A stretch of 64,000 nucleotides of DNA from Eledone cirrhosa. Its lineage: Eukaryota. The position numbers and the translations under genes were made by a program. Under the pieces are notes generated by a model. That model was not told the DNA's origin. It did not search any database and was given only the letters and a program-made list of their open reading frames with translations. The stretch's first letter is position 1. Every line of letters starts with the position of its first letter. The stretch spans positions 367,412,001 through 367,476,000 of the forward strand of contig OZ024742.1 of the NCBI GenBank assembly GCA_964016885.1, given 5' to 3'. Positions 47,597 through 64,000 of the stretch are shown here, piece after piece.

Positions 47597-48736
47597 CACC
47601 CCACTTGCCGATTTTGTAATGGGTAGCCCCTGGTTGCAAAGGTTGACGTAAGATCTTCTTATATCTTTTTATCGCCTTCCTCTATATTTCCTTCTTCCCC
47701 CATCCCTCCCTAGTCCTTCCACCCCAGTCCTCTTTCTTTGTCGTCGTACTTTTACTTTCTCGCCCACCCGAGGCAGCCCCTCGGTCCTTTGTAGCCTCAG
47801 TACCCCCACGTCCTTCCCATATTCTATGATAGATTTGGCCGACTCCGCTTTTTATAGCAGATGTGTTAGACTCCGGATACTTGCCTTCTTATCCGATGGC
47901 TGCCCCTTTTCCGTGCTTTCTATATTTCTTAGTGGTATCTTTGCTTTAATTTCTCGTATATCAGTATTTTTTTTTGGGGGGGGGGGGGGGGATTCTGAAT
48001 TAATTTTCCGTATCAAATTTTACATATACTTCGTAGAAGCATTTATGTAGTTTGCACTAGAATCTTTGTATCGTGGCGGCACCCTTAGAGATAGTATTAG
48101 TATTCTTTTTCGGGATTCTGAATTATTATTTCGTATTAGTTTATTTTTTTTGCACTGGGTGGTTGCTGGCCTTGTGCCTGGGGTAGAAACCTTTATTTCG
48201 TACTGGTCTCGGGACTCTGAATTATTATTTAGGGGTAGTTTCTTTAGTATTTTGGCCCTGCCCCCCACACACTTGTTGACCCGTTACCGTTAGATATATT
48301 CGGTTGTTTACTTATACCTCTTAAAAGGGTCTCATTATAATTCCGTCCCACCTAGTAAACCTTTCTTTAGTCTAGCAGTACCAGTGAGAGACTTGATAGC
48401 TGTCCTTAGGTTATAGTAACCAGAAATTGTTTTTTTTTTACATTTAATTGTTTTTTAACACTCTCGGTATTTTTCTATATATTTACCCCATATTGTTTCA
48501 CTTATTGTTTCGACTTCCTCCCCCTCCCCCTCCCTAGTATCTTCTTTGACCTCCTGCCCAGCTGTAGTTGGCACTATCAATGCAGACTGGGTTTCCTCCA
48601 CCCTCTCTCCCTCTTTCTTCTACTGGCAGGTTCAGCTACCCCTTCCCTCCACAAATTGCCATGATAGAATTATTATGTCTCAACAACAAACTTTTGACCA
48701 ATCCTTGTGACAATCACTTTTACCATATATGGAATT

Positions 48737-48831
48737 ACCCCCTGAGAAGCTCGGCTATTCATATACCAGGATAAAAATGTTCATTAATCCAGAATTAGCC
48801 GTCGAAACGGCTTGAGCTCAGCCGTCGGGGT
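48737..48831 (+). ncRNA. Hammerhead motif with C3/A8 mismatch (CTGAGAA)
   Basis: acccc-CTGAGAA-gctcggcta...tagccgtc-GAAACGGC...GCCGTC-ggggt. Confidence 0.6.
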
Positions 48832-48922
48832 CCTACTCGTTCCTATTACCCACTCTACTACCCTAAGTATTGAGTACTTTGGTGCGTTATGGTCCACCTG
48901 GTTCCTTACCACATTTCCTTCG

Positions 48923-48956
<34 letters not shown>

Positions 48957-49023
48957 AGAGGATAACAAGGACGATTGATTACTCCTTCGATATGGACCTA
49001 TTACTAAAGCAGATACACTCCCT

Positions 49024-51238
<2,215 letters not shown>

Positions 51239-51371
51239 GTATTTCTTTACATACATATATATATTAGAAAGCGAGGTTTTTTTACAAAATGAAAAATAAC
51301 CGAGTGAAAGATGAAATTGAAAATGCAACTGGAGTCTTATTTTAAAATATATATATATATTTATTTGGTTC

Positions 51372-51407
51372 CTTTACCGGTTTCGCAGTTCTTCTGCTTT
51401 TCAAAAG
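51372..51407 (-). ncRNA. Minimal hammerhead motif, U3-A8 core
   Basis: ctt-TTGAAAA-gcag aagaa ctgc-GAAAC-cg-GTA-aag; accggt palindromic stem III. Confidence 0.6.
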
Positions 51408-51532
51408 TAGAGTTGAGATGGAGGGTCTGTGGTTTATATATATATGTAATGAAATACATACATATATATATGTATGTATTTTCGATTTCATCATTTTTTC
51501 TTTATATATATATATACAGTATATATATATAT

Positions 51533-51993
51533 ATACGATATTAACAAATGGAAACTATATTTATAAAACCATATTTATGTTATTATACATATTTCAAGGA
51601 CACCACGTTAAATTATGGTATGCTTTCATCAGACAAAATACAATATAGATCAGTTTTATAAATAAATATTGACATACCCTTATAAAATGCAACCATTACT
51701 GTTGGGAGCTCCAGGAGAGACTATCCTGGAGCTCCCAACAGTAATGGTTGCATTTTTTAAGGGTATGTCAATATTTATTTATAAAACTGATCTATATTGT
51801 ATTTTGTCTGATGAAAGCATACCATAATTTAACGTGGTATCCTTGAAATATGTATAATAAAATAAATATGGTTTTATAAATATAGTTTCCATTTGTTAAT
51901 ATCGTATGTTTACTCCAAATACTTGTTGAGTGCTTTATATCAGTTATAAAAATATTTTCTTGTTGTATCCCAACAATTTAAATAGAACTTTTG
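51533..51993. mobile_element. ORF-less fold-back element, near-perfect palindrome
   Basis: 184-bp arms 51533-51716 and 51724-51907, 7-bp spacer, 3 mismatches seen; HHR per arm (51577-51639 minus, 51801-51863 plus). Confidence 0.85.
51801..51863 (+). ncRNA. Type I hammerhead motif
   Basis: attttgt-CTGATGA-aagcatacca...tggtatcctt-GAAAT-atgt-ATA-ataaaat. Confidence 0.72.
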
Positions 51994-52040
51994 TATATAT
52001 ATATATATATATATGTATTTCTTTACATATATATATATAT

Positions 52041-55000
52041 AGAAACCAATCGGACAAAAACGGAGATACAAATAACTTTGACACTTACGGCTTTAAAACA
52101 TCCCTCCTCACAATACCTTATTAAACTCTTTTGAAAATGATCTAATTAAACTAGTTAAGAACATAAGATACAAAAAACATCGTAATAGAAACAACACCTT
52201 CTTAAACTACCTTAACTCCACTATTAAAGGATTTAATTTTAAAAAAATCCTAGTACATGCAGATAAAACTAATAATATATATAGCTTAAATTACGATACT
52301 TATAGAAAATTTATATACAAGGAACTGCATAGGAGCTACAGGAAAACTGCTACTAAAAACCTAGAAGGCCGTAATATAGTGAGTAAATTAGGACTTCAGA
52401 GACATACACAGCCATACACCCCTAACCCCCCAAGATTCTCTCTGAAGGACCCTAAAGAAGACTTCATTAGTAACCCTTCAATAAGACTAATTTGCCCTTC
52501 CAAATCTAACATTGGTATTATCAGCAAGAAAATATTAGATAGAATCATCCCACAATTTATGCACAAAATATATCTTAACCAATGGGGAAATACAGGTGAA
52601 GTTATTGAATCGTTCAAGAGTAGTAAAGAGAGTAAAAATTAAAAATGTATACAATTTGATAGCAAATCATACTACACCTCTATTTACCCTATCCTATTAA
52701 ATAAGGCTTTAATTATGGCCATGAACAATAGCGACCTGACTAGATCCCAAATTGATGTCATACTTGCGGCCCGAAAAACCATAATTACGTTTGAAGACCA
52801 ATTATGGACCCGCAAGGATACGCTAACAACTTTGACATAACTATGGGATCTAGTGACTCGGCGCAGGTCACTGATTTGGTGGGCCTATATCTACTAAATG
52901 AAATTCATAAGAACCTACCCTACCTCAACGGTGGTTTATACCGCGATGATGCACTACTCCTTAGAGACTATAAAAAATTTAATATAGAAAAAACTAGGAA
53001 ACAATTACACAAAATTTTCAAAAGCTTCAAATTAAGTATCACCTTAGATAAAAACACTAAAAACGTTAACTTCCTTGATGCTACCCTTTGCCCAGACTCT
53101 AAAATATACACACCCTTTCATAAACCTAACGAAAAACTAATTTATGTGAACACCAACTCTAACCACCCTAAATCCATATTAAACTCTATTACTAAAGGAA
53201 TATCTAATAGAATCTCTAATCTATCATATAATGAAACCATGTTTAACAATAATTCACAATACTATAATGAGGCCTTAGCTAAATCAGGACATAAGAATGT
53301 GATTGAATTCCTACCTATAAAATCACATAGTTACAACATTATTTCTCATAATATGGCCACGAGGAAAAATAATAAAAGCACTAGCCACTATAACTCTAAG
53401 ACGAAGGGTAATACCATACTTAACTCGCACCAAAGTAAACACCACGATAATAATATAAACAGGAATACAAATACCTCAAAAATCATTACTAAAAACCAAA
53501 ATAGAAGAAAAACTAATACATTCTTCAATCCCCCTTTCAATCTAAACGTCTCTACCAACTTGCCTAAGGCTTTCTTCTCAATCTTAGAAAAAAACTTCCC
53601 ATCCGGCCACAAGTACCATAATCTTATCAATAAAAATACCATTAAAATCTTGTACTCCACCACACCTAACATAGCATACCATATAGCTAGTAGTAATAAA
53701 AGGAAGATTAATACTTATTTCCAACTAATTAAAACACAACAGGAGGTAAACGTAGTACCTGTAAACCAAAGTAGTAATAATAGTAATAATGATAATAGCA
53801 CTAATGAAATCAATAACAATACGAATGACAGACATCAATCATTACCCTAGTGCTATCCCTGGCAACCAGAATTCTTCACAACATAGTAACCGGCAAGTTA
53901 ACACCCAGAATAAATGTAACTGTAGAACTAATAGAACTTGCTTAACCAAAGACATCATCTACTCATGCATCGTCAACGCAAACAACTCTTCTAAAACATA
54001 TATCGGCTCTACTTCGAACAGCTTCAAGACGAGATACAACTCGCACCTCCACTCTTTCAAAAACACAATCTAGCCAACTCCACTTCTTTATCTAGCTAGG
54101 TACACTCTCTGAAAACTAATAATAGACCATTTACACTGCAATGGGAAGTAGTAGGTATGGCCTCATCATATAAACCACCGAATAAACTGTGTAACCTCTG
54201 TCTTCTAGAGACCCATACTATAATCTTTTCGAAACTAGACCTCCTTAATAGAAAGACAGAGACATTTTCCTCGTGCCAACACCGATACCGTCACTCGTTC
54301 CATAACTTTAAACCTAGCTGTTAGTATATAACAATATCAGATTTGAATTCCCCACCAACATTAACACTCCACATGTAACACTTATCATCCCCCACAGCTA
54401 CACACTCTTTGATTAGTTCTACACAACTCCTATTTATCTCTAACCTTATACTCTGCAATAACTGTTAGAATTAAACATAAAGTTACCACCTTTTGATATA
54501 ACTGCTATAGCTTAATTATATTATATACAGTAATGGATATTTAATGTGTAGAGACATTTAATGTAATATGTAATAATAAACTATATATACATTTATAATT
54601 ATATAATTAAATATTTAAATTAATAACATGTATATAAGGGATCAAACTTTAACACAATATAATAATAATAAAGTATATATACATTTATAATTAAATATAT
54701 AATGTAATGGCATTGTATATAAGGGATTAACTTTTAAAACAATAATGTATATTATTACACAAATGATATATCTATTTGGACATATAAACAGCTATGCAAT
54801 TTTCCTTAACATATACCTTGTCTAGTAATGAATAGATAACAATCTAAAGGGACCTTTAATGTATTATAGTAAAATACACTGTATTTAAAATCAAGTGTAA
54901 ATATATAGCATTATGTAATAGAGATTCAATTGTATCACATTATAATGTGTATTAGAGCAAAGAATTTAAATAACTGAATTTAATTAGCTAGTTACCTCCC

Positions 55001-55740
55001 TTCCGCATTAGCTCCCCTTACTGCCTTCCGGAAATTAACCGTTGGAAAACCTACCTGTTGAACAACTATAGTCCATGAATAAGAATACAATAAGACTAAT
55101 TCACAATCCATTGCTTTAACTAACTTAAAACATTCAATATAAACATTAACTAAAATATAATTCAACATATGTAATGGAAAAGACTGCAATAACTTTGTTT
55201 TTCTCAACACACACAAATTCAGTAACTATCAACATACTACATCCACCATAGATTTTAATACATTAACATATTTGCTTAAAATACAGTATTTATTTATCTA
55301 TATATGCATAATAACTTTTCTTATTTCCTTCTCATATATATGTCTAACGCATGTGCACTTTCTACACGCCTGCATATGTACTGCTAATGTACTCTTTCTT
55401 TCTCAAAGCTCCTTTCTCAATGCCTCTTTAATTATTAGACTATTCTTTTGTTTTATCTGTTGCATGTATTCCACTCTGTGCTTTTAATTTGAATTTGAAT
55501 TTTTGTAAAATTCTCGTAAAATATATGTCACATCCATTCCACCCTGTAAATATGAAACTGTTGCTCACAACATCAATATATATGTATCTATATTATTGTT
55601 CAGTTGAATAGGAGGTTAATTATATGTACAAACAGTGATAATGCTCCGATGACTCCAAACGAGAGTTTGGAACAAACGATTGTCAGCTATTAAATGATTT
55701 GAACACAACTTTGATAATTGTCTAGAAAAAATAGCTTCAC
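52041..55740 (+). mobile_element. PLE C (Hydra-clade-like), decayed ORF ~52070-54320 and long AT-rich 3' region
   Basis: YGFKT, ADKTNN, LKDPK..IRLI, MGSSDSAQV, GLYRDD (YRDD 52939-52950), FFNPPF, CNCR, IIY..YIG, CNLCLLE; degenerate HHR 55643-55687. Confidence 0.88.
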
Positions 55741-55789
55741 TTGTGCTTTCAACAAATTTATTTTCTTCACAAAATCCAAAAAGAATTTT

Positions 55790-56277
55790 TCTTAAAAAAA
55801 ATTATTTTATAAATTAAGTTGTTGGTTGTTGGTTAGGTCTTAGGAGTTCTTGGTTAACGTAGGAGGTATTGTTTCGTTTTTAGAAAGACCTTTCACGCTG
55901 AGGTGCGCTTGTGAAACTGATGTGTATGTGGTGTGTTGTTCCATATATAGGGATTTAGCATGTCTGTGGTGTGGTGGGGGTTTCTTTTCTCCCCCTTTAA
56001 TAAGTGCATGGGTGTAGGTGTGTTGAAAAAGTGTTCATAGCAGTAATGAGTTGAGACGGCGAGTAGGGTTGGGTGGGGAGAAATGTAGCAAGTGCGGCCT
56101 GCCCCGGTCATTCTCGAAAAATTCCTTTATTCAGGGGAAAAAGCTTTTAGTATTGCTTTTGTGTTGAGAATGGTCACAGGCAAATCGCACCTGCCAAGTT
56201 TGTGAGTAATTATTTTTTTCTTTTTTTCCTGAAGAATTTTTCTACGTCCATCCCAAAGTTAGTCCTTTGTTCAACAC
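55790..56277 (-). pseudogene. Possible degenerate PLE N-terminal fragment
   Basis: VLNKGL and DVEKFFRK resemble PLE N-terminal motifs; very decayed. Confidence 0.25.
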
Positions 56278-56279
56278 AC

Positions 56280-59680
<3,401 letters not shown>

Positions 59681-59866
59681 TATATATCATCTCACCTCAT
59701 CAGAAACTGACACGAGGACCAAGTCCTAGGTAGAAGGAATAAATACTCTCTCTATAACTCAACCATTCATATTGGTTAATAATATTTGATTTATTATACA
59801 TTAACGATGCTAGAGTTTAGAAATGAATCAAATTGTAGAAACTATCAGTCATTCATGCGGTCTCTC

Positions 59867-59920
<54 letters not shown>

Positions 59921-60123
59921 TCTCTCTCTCTATCTCACCCCCCCCCCTCTCTTTCTCTCTAGGAACTCTCAGTAACTCCACATTGCAGGAGAGTTAATGG
60001 TAGATGGTAAATGGTAAATGGCTATTCCATTCGATAAGAGGTGTTTCTGGATTCAGATTTTACACATACATAATACATTTATATAAGGGAATTGTGTCGT
60101 GTACATGTGTGTGTCCATGTATG

Positions 60124-60234
<111 letters not shown>

Positions 60235-60435
60235 ATATACATATGTGTGTGTGTGTGTGTGTGTCTGTGTGCGCCCGCGTATAAGCGTGTAAATATGATG
60301 TAAGGGATATATTCCATTTCATAATCATTCATACACATTAGCTGTTGGGTTGAAAAGAAAAGATTATATATCTCTCTCTATATATCGCTCTCATATGTGT
60401 ATGTGTGTGTAAATATGAGTGTATATAAATATATC

Positions 60436-60846
60436 AGGAGAGATGACCCCTTAGCCTTTGTCAAGGCAGAATTCTAGGAGAAGGAAAACTCTGATATAAC
60501 ACCTGCAACTCTGATGGTATCCAATGATGTTGACTTGTTCTTCTTTTTGGTAAATATCATCTTGGTTAAGAGAGTGGGACTGGCTTTGTGCAGTGCCTTT
60601 GCTCACTATAAAAGCTTCACGGCACAGGCATTGCTTTATATCTGGAGATCTCTCTGCGCTTGTCGTCACATGGTACCATGGGCCCAGCACTATGTGTCAA
60701 TAATTGTCACAAGTGTAGTGTTTGTACCAGAGTTTTCAAGTTGCTGGCTGGAGTAAAAAGTCACACTCGTTCAGCGCATCGGTAGGGGTTCTCCTACATG
60801 GATATAAAGTAGTGGCCGTACTCGAAAACGAGTTGGCAGCCACCAT
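60436..60846 (+). mobile_element. 5'-truncated copy of the bipartite RTE-related element
   Basis: Near-identical to 35998-36407. Confidence 0.8.
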
Positions 60847-61030
60847 ATAAATATATGTGTGTATATATATATATGTTTGTATCTATATATATATGTGTGT
60901 GTGTATATATACACAAACGATATACATTTTTCATGACTTGACTTCCAAATGGTCAGAGCAGGACTGTCCTCTGTAAATATTCACTCCCATTTATATTAAT
61001 ATGTACTTTTATATATGCGTATATGCGTGT

Positions 61031-61115
<85 letters not shown>

Positions 61116-61120
61116 GTATA

Positions 61121-61154
<34 letters not shown>

Positions 61155-61155
<1 letters not shown>

Positions 61156-61294
61156 TCCAGAAATAGCCACCGAAACGGCTTGAGCTCTGCCGTCGGGGTT
61201 AAACATTTTCCTATTACCCACTCTACTACCCTAAGTATTGAGTACTCTGGGGCATTATGGTCCATCTGGTTCCCTACCAAACTTCCTTCGTTAT
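61155..61294 (+). mobile_element. 3'-terminal fragment of PLE family A (half ribozyme)
   Basis: Aligns to 48788-48925 and ~39700-39838. Confidence 0.8.
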
Positions 61295-61445
61295 ACATAT
61301 ATATGTGAAAGACTAGCAGCCACCCATGCATACCAGTCTCCCTTCACGATATAGATGTTGTGTAAGGCAATGTCCGATACATCTTGGCACCTGTGATGTC
61401 ACAACTCATTTCTATAGTTGAGTTACTGGAGCAATGTTAAATAAA

Positions 61446-61496
<51 letters not shown>

Positions 61497-61537
61497 TAGG
61501 AATAACCAAAGAGTACTTAGAAATACATTGTTTTATT

Positions 61538-61584
61538 AGCTAACAGTGTTTCATCCATACACCATGGCAGGAATCATCAGAGCC
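61538..61584 (-). ncRNA. Minimal type I hammerhead motif
   Basis: ggct-CTGATGA-ttcc...ggat-GAAAC-act-GTT-agct. Confidence 0.65.
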
Positions 61585-61836
61585 TATAAACATGAGTATA
61601 TCAGTAGTTGCATGCTCCATCGAGCTGCGTCACCAGAACAAGGTTAAAGGACCAGCAGGGGGGTCCCGAGGCCAGCGCTATATGGACAAAGACAGAATAC
61701 ATGATGCACATAATGTCATAAAATTTCTTTAAAATTTAAAAATTACACCAAAAATGTATCACTTAAATGAAGCAATAGATGATAAAGAGGTTGGGAGAGG
61801 GTAGCAAGGAATGAGTGAGGGTATTACTCAGCATGA

Positions 61837-61930
<94 letters not shown>

Positions 61931-61935
<5 letters not shown>

Positions 61936-62078
61936 GAAGACTAAAATCCAAAGAGAGCTCGATAATAATCTGTTATTTTAATAAATATTTGCTCTACGGT
62001 TCTTATAAATTTGATATATATTTATCCTTATCGAGTCCTCTTTGGATTTTAGTCTTCAAATTTATTATTATTACTATA
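61931..62078 (+). mobile_element. Tiny fold-back copy of the PLE B 3' terminus
   Basis: 61931-61965 inverted vs 62028-62062; body matches 44690-44798. Confidence 0.8.
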
Positions 62079-62117
62079 TATAAATTTTATAATATTATGA
62101 GTTGGTAGATCCAGTCC

Positions 62118-62303
62118 GGTGAATTGGCAGTATCTGTAGAGGGTTGGACGCCATGCTTTCTAGCATAGTTACATCCCTTTACGGTCTGAGTTCAAATCCC
62201 GACGAGGTTAACTTTGCCTTTTATCATTACGGGGTCGATAAAATAAAGTACCAGTAATGTACTTGATAATTGCTGGCCTTGTGCCAAAAGTAAAAACAAT
62301 TAT
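62118..62303 (+). mobile_element. tRNA-derived SINE
   Basis: Colinear with 41998-42188. Confidence 0.88.
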
Positions 62304-62489
62304 ATTATAACATTAAATCATAAAAAAAAATGTTTAACACTACAAATGAAGTCATTCTTTTCTTTTTTTTCAAATATACCTAACTGTACCAAGGATCTCA
62401 CACATTTTCCAATATATATGTATACATATACATATATATATATATATAAACACGTATACATAGGTAATATATATATATATATATATTTA

Positions 62490-62684
62490 TTAAAATAACA
62501 GATTTAAGTTTAAGCAAAGAATCGTTGCTTTCACCCTTAACGGGATCTTCTGAAAGCAGCGATTCTTTGCTTAAACTTTAATCTGTTATCTTAATACATA
62601 TTTGCTCTACGGTTCTTATATATTTGATATATATTTATCCTTATCGAGCCCTCTTTGGATTTTAGTCTTCAAATTTATTATTAT

Positions 62685-62690
<6 letters not shown>
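62490..62690 (+). mobile_element. Fold-back copy of the PLE B 3' terminus
   Basis: 62490-62533 inverted vs 62551-62594; junction at tgaaa inside the HHR. Confidence 0.82.
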
Positions 62691-62736
<46 letters not shown>

Positions 62737-63600
62737 GTACATATAGTGTTGTCTCTACATAGCCGCAGTTTAACATTTGTTATCAGTAAACGAATAAAAT
62801 ATGTGTAGGGATATGTGAGTATGAGTGTGTGTGTGTGTGTACAAACTAAATATATATCTACGTATGTACAGTTATATTTGCCGAGATAAAATGACCAACG
62901 GCTAACATCTCTACAGCCGTAATGTTCATTCCCATTTATATATATTCTCTATTACGATGACAAGTAATTTACGCAATCGAATTTAAGTCTTACTATATTA
63001 CAGCCATAATCACCATATTCTATTTCCATGTGATCGATTTGAAGAGCTCCATTAATCCATCATTGATAGGACGGCTCACGTTTCCATCCGGGTATTTCAC
63101 TCTCCATGTCAATTAACTGTCAAACATTATCACCGGTAAATGACTTGGACATCTACAAAAGTTATATTAATTTTCATATACATTTCTTTTTATTAATGCA
63201 ACAAAATGTTTGACTATGTCCCTTCTGGCTCTCTACACTATGAATCCATGTCCGCAGATGTCAACTTTTCTAGGCTAAAAACAAAGTACCAGTCATTTAC
63301 TGGTGTTGATTCTTCCTCAATCTATCTCTCCGGAATCCTAGAAACCTATCGAAGATTTTTATCAATTCATATCCACACTAGATTGTCCAGGCTAGTGTTT
63401 GACCTGTTTGTATCTATCGTTGTGGCTATATTATTGTGACAACATGATTCTGGCCACTTTATTCTTGGTGTAACAATTCCTTATCTTTTTGTGTTCACAA
63501 TGGGTAGAAATATGTCAATTCTTCACTCATTGAGTGCTTCGTGATTGCCTCTTGTAATTCGATTGTTACCTGCACAGTGCAGCTGCAACTTCGGTTATGC

Positions 63601-63635
<35 letters not shown>

Positions 63636-63703
63636 GTCGATAAAATAAAGTACCAGTAATGCACTGGGATATTTGCTGGCCTTGTGGCAAAAGAGGAAAC
63701 AAT
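63636..63703 (+). mobile_element. 5'-truncated SINE tail in (TTA)n
   Basis: gtcgataaaataaagtaccagtaatgcactggg..gctggccttgtg. Confidence 0.8.
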
Positions 63704-63723
63704 TATTATTATTATTATTATTG

Positions 63724-64000
63724 TTCTTTGAGTCTCAGTCAATGATGTTATTTAACTGGAAAATTTGTTGAAATGAATATCAAGCCACTACTTGCAGCCT
63801 CAGATATTCAGGGCGTATCGGAGGGTTCTTGCTGTTCCCAACAAGCATGCCTTTTGAAGTGTTCCAAAAAGCGGGGCGGGACTAATTTCCTTTAACCATC
63901 CTTGGAAACTCTTTGAGATAGTACCTAGTGCGCCTATGACAATCGGGATCACTTTGACTTCATGGCAGTTCCAAATCCTTTTTACCTCCCACTTTAAGTC
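63724..64000 (-). mobile_element. 3' end of an R4/Dong-like LINE with (TAA)n flank, runs off the right edge
   Basis: LKVEVKRIW..VIPIVIGALGTI..LQKACLLGTARTLR, stop at 63800-63802. Confidence 0.85.

Larger units (their letters stand above)
44839..48925 (+). mobile_element. PLE A (Hydra-clade-like) with ~830-bp inverted terminal repeats
   Basis: 44839-45670 inverted vs 48003-48842; RT and GIY-YIG between; 3' extension 48843-48925; (TA)n flanks. Confidence 0.93.

Noticed and set aside
59963-60006. Candidate second exon for the plus-strand gene
   Set aside because: The acceptor is a (CT)n microsatellite and the phase-compatible frame stops after 11 codons
62880-63600. Possible decayed integrase-like transposase on the minus strand (LIDM, RDIVKHF fragments)
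   Set aside because: Too many stops and too few motifs to call without a translated search

Overview
AT-rich, microsatellite-saturated animal genomic DNA; the SINE and repeat families look like octopus/coleoid cephalopod (inference, from recalled sequence only). No complete host gene is visible, and most ORFs in the track are artefacts of tandem repeats. Contents: (1) a 21-bp minisatellite (1-1963); (2) an ~18.2-kb array of ~400 45-bp monomers (8287-26452) whose monomer matches the 5' A-box head of the tRNA-derived SINE dispersed in this same window (38/43 nt); (3) decayed RTE-type and R4/Dong-type LINEs plus a short non-coding family that shares the RTE 3' tail; (4) a cluster (38-56 kb) of Penelope-like elements (PLEs; RT plus C-terminal GIY-YIG, CxC-x5-C linker as described for the Hydra clade) in (TA)n tracts, most with an inverted 5' terminal repeat; (5) about 23 type I hammerhead ribozyme (HHR) motifs of roughly 11 sequence types, folded by eye, several in ORF-less fold-back palindromes and several with non-canonical cores (U3-A8, A4); (6) a possible bidirectional host promoter with two tiny first exons near 7.4-7.7 kb (low confidence). 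All folds and alignments were done by eye; no searches were run.
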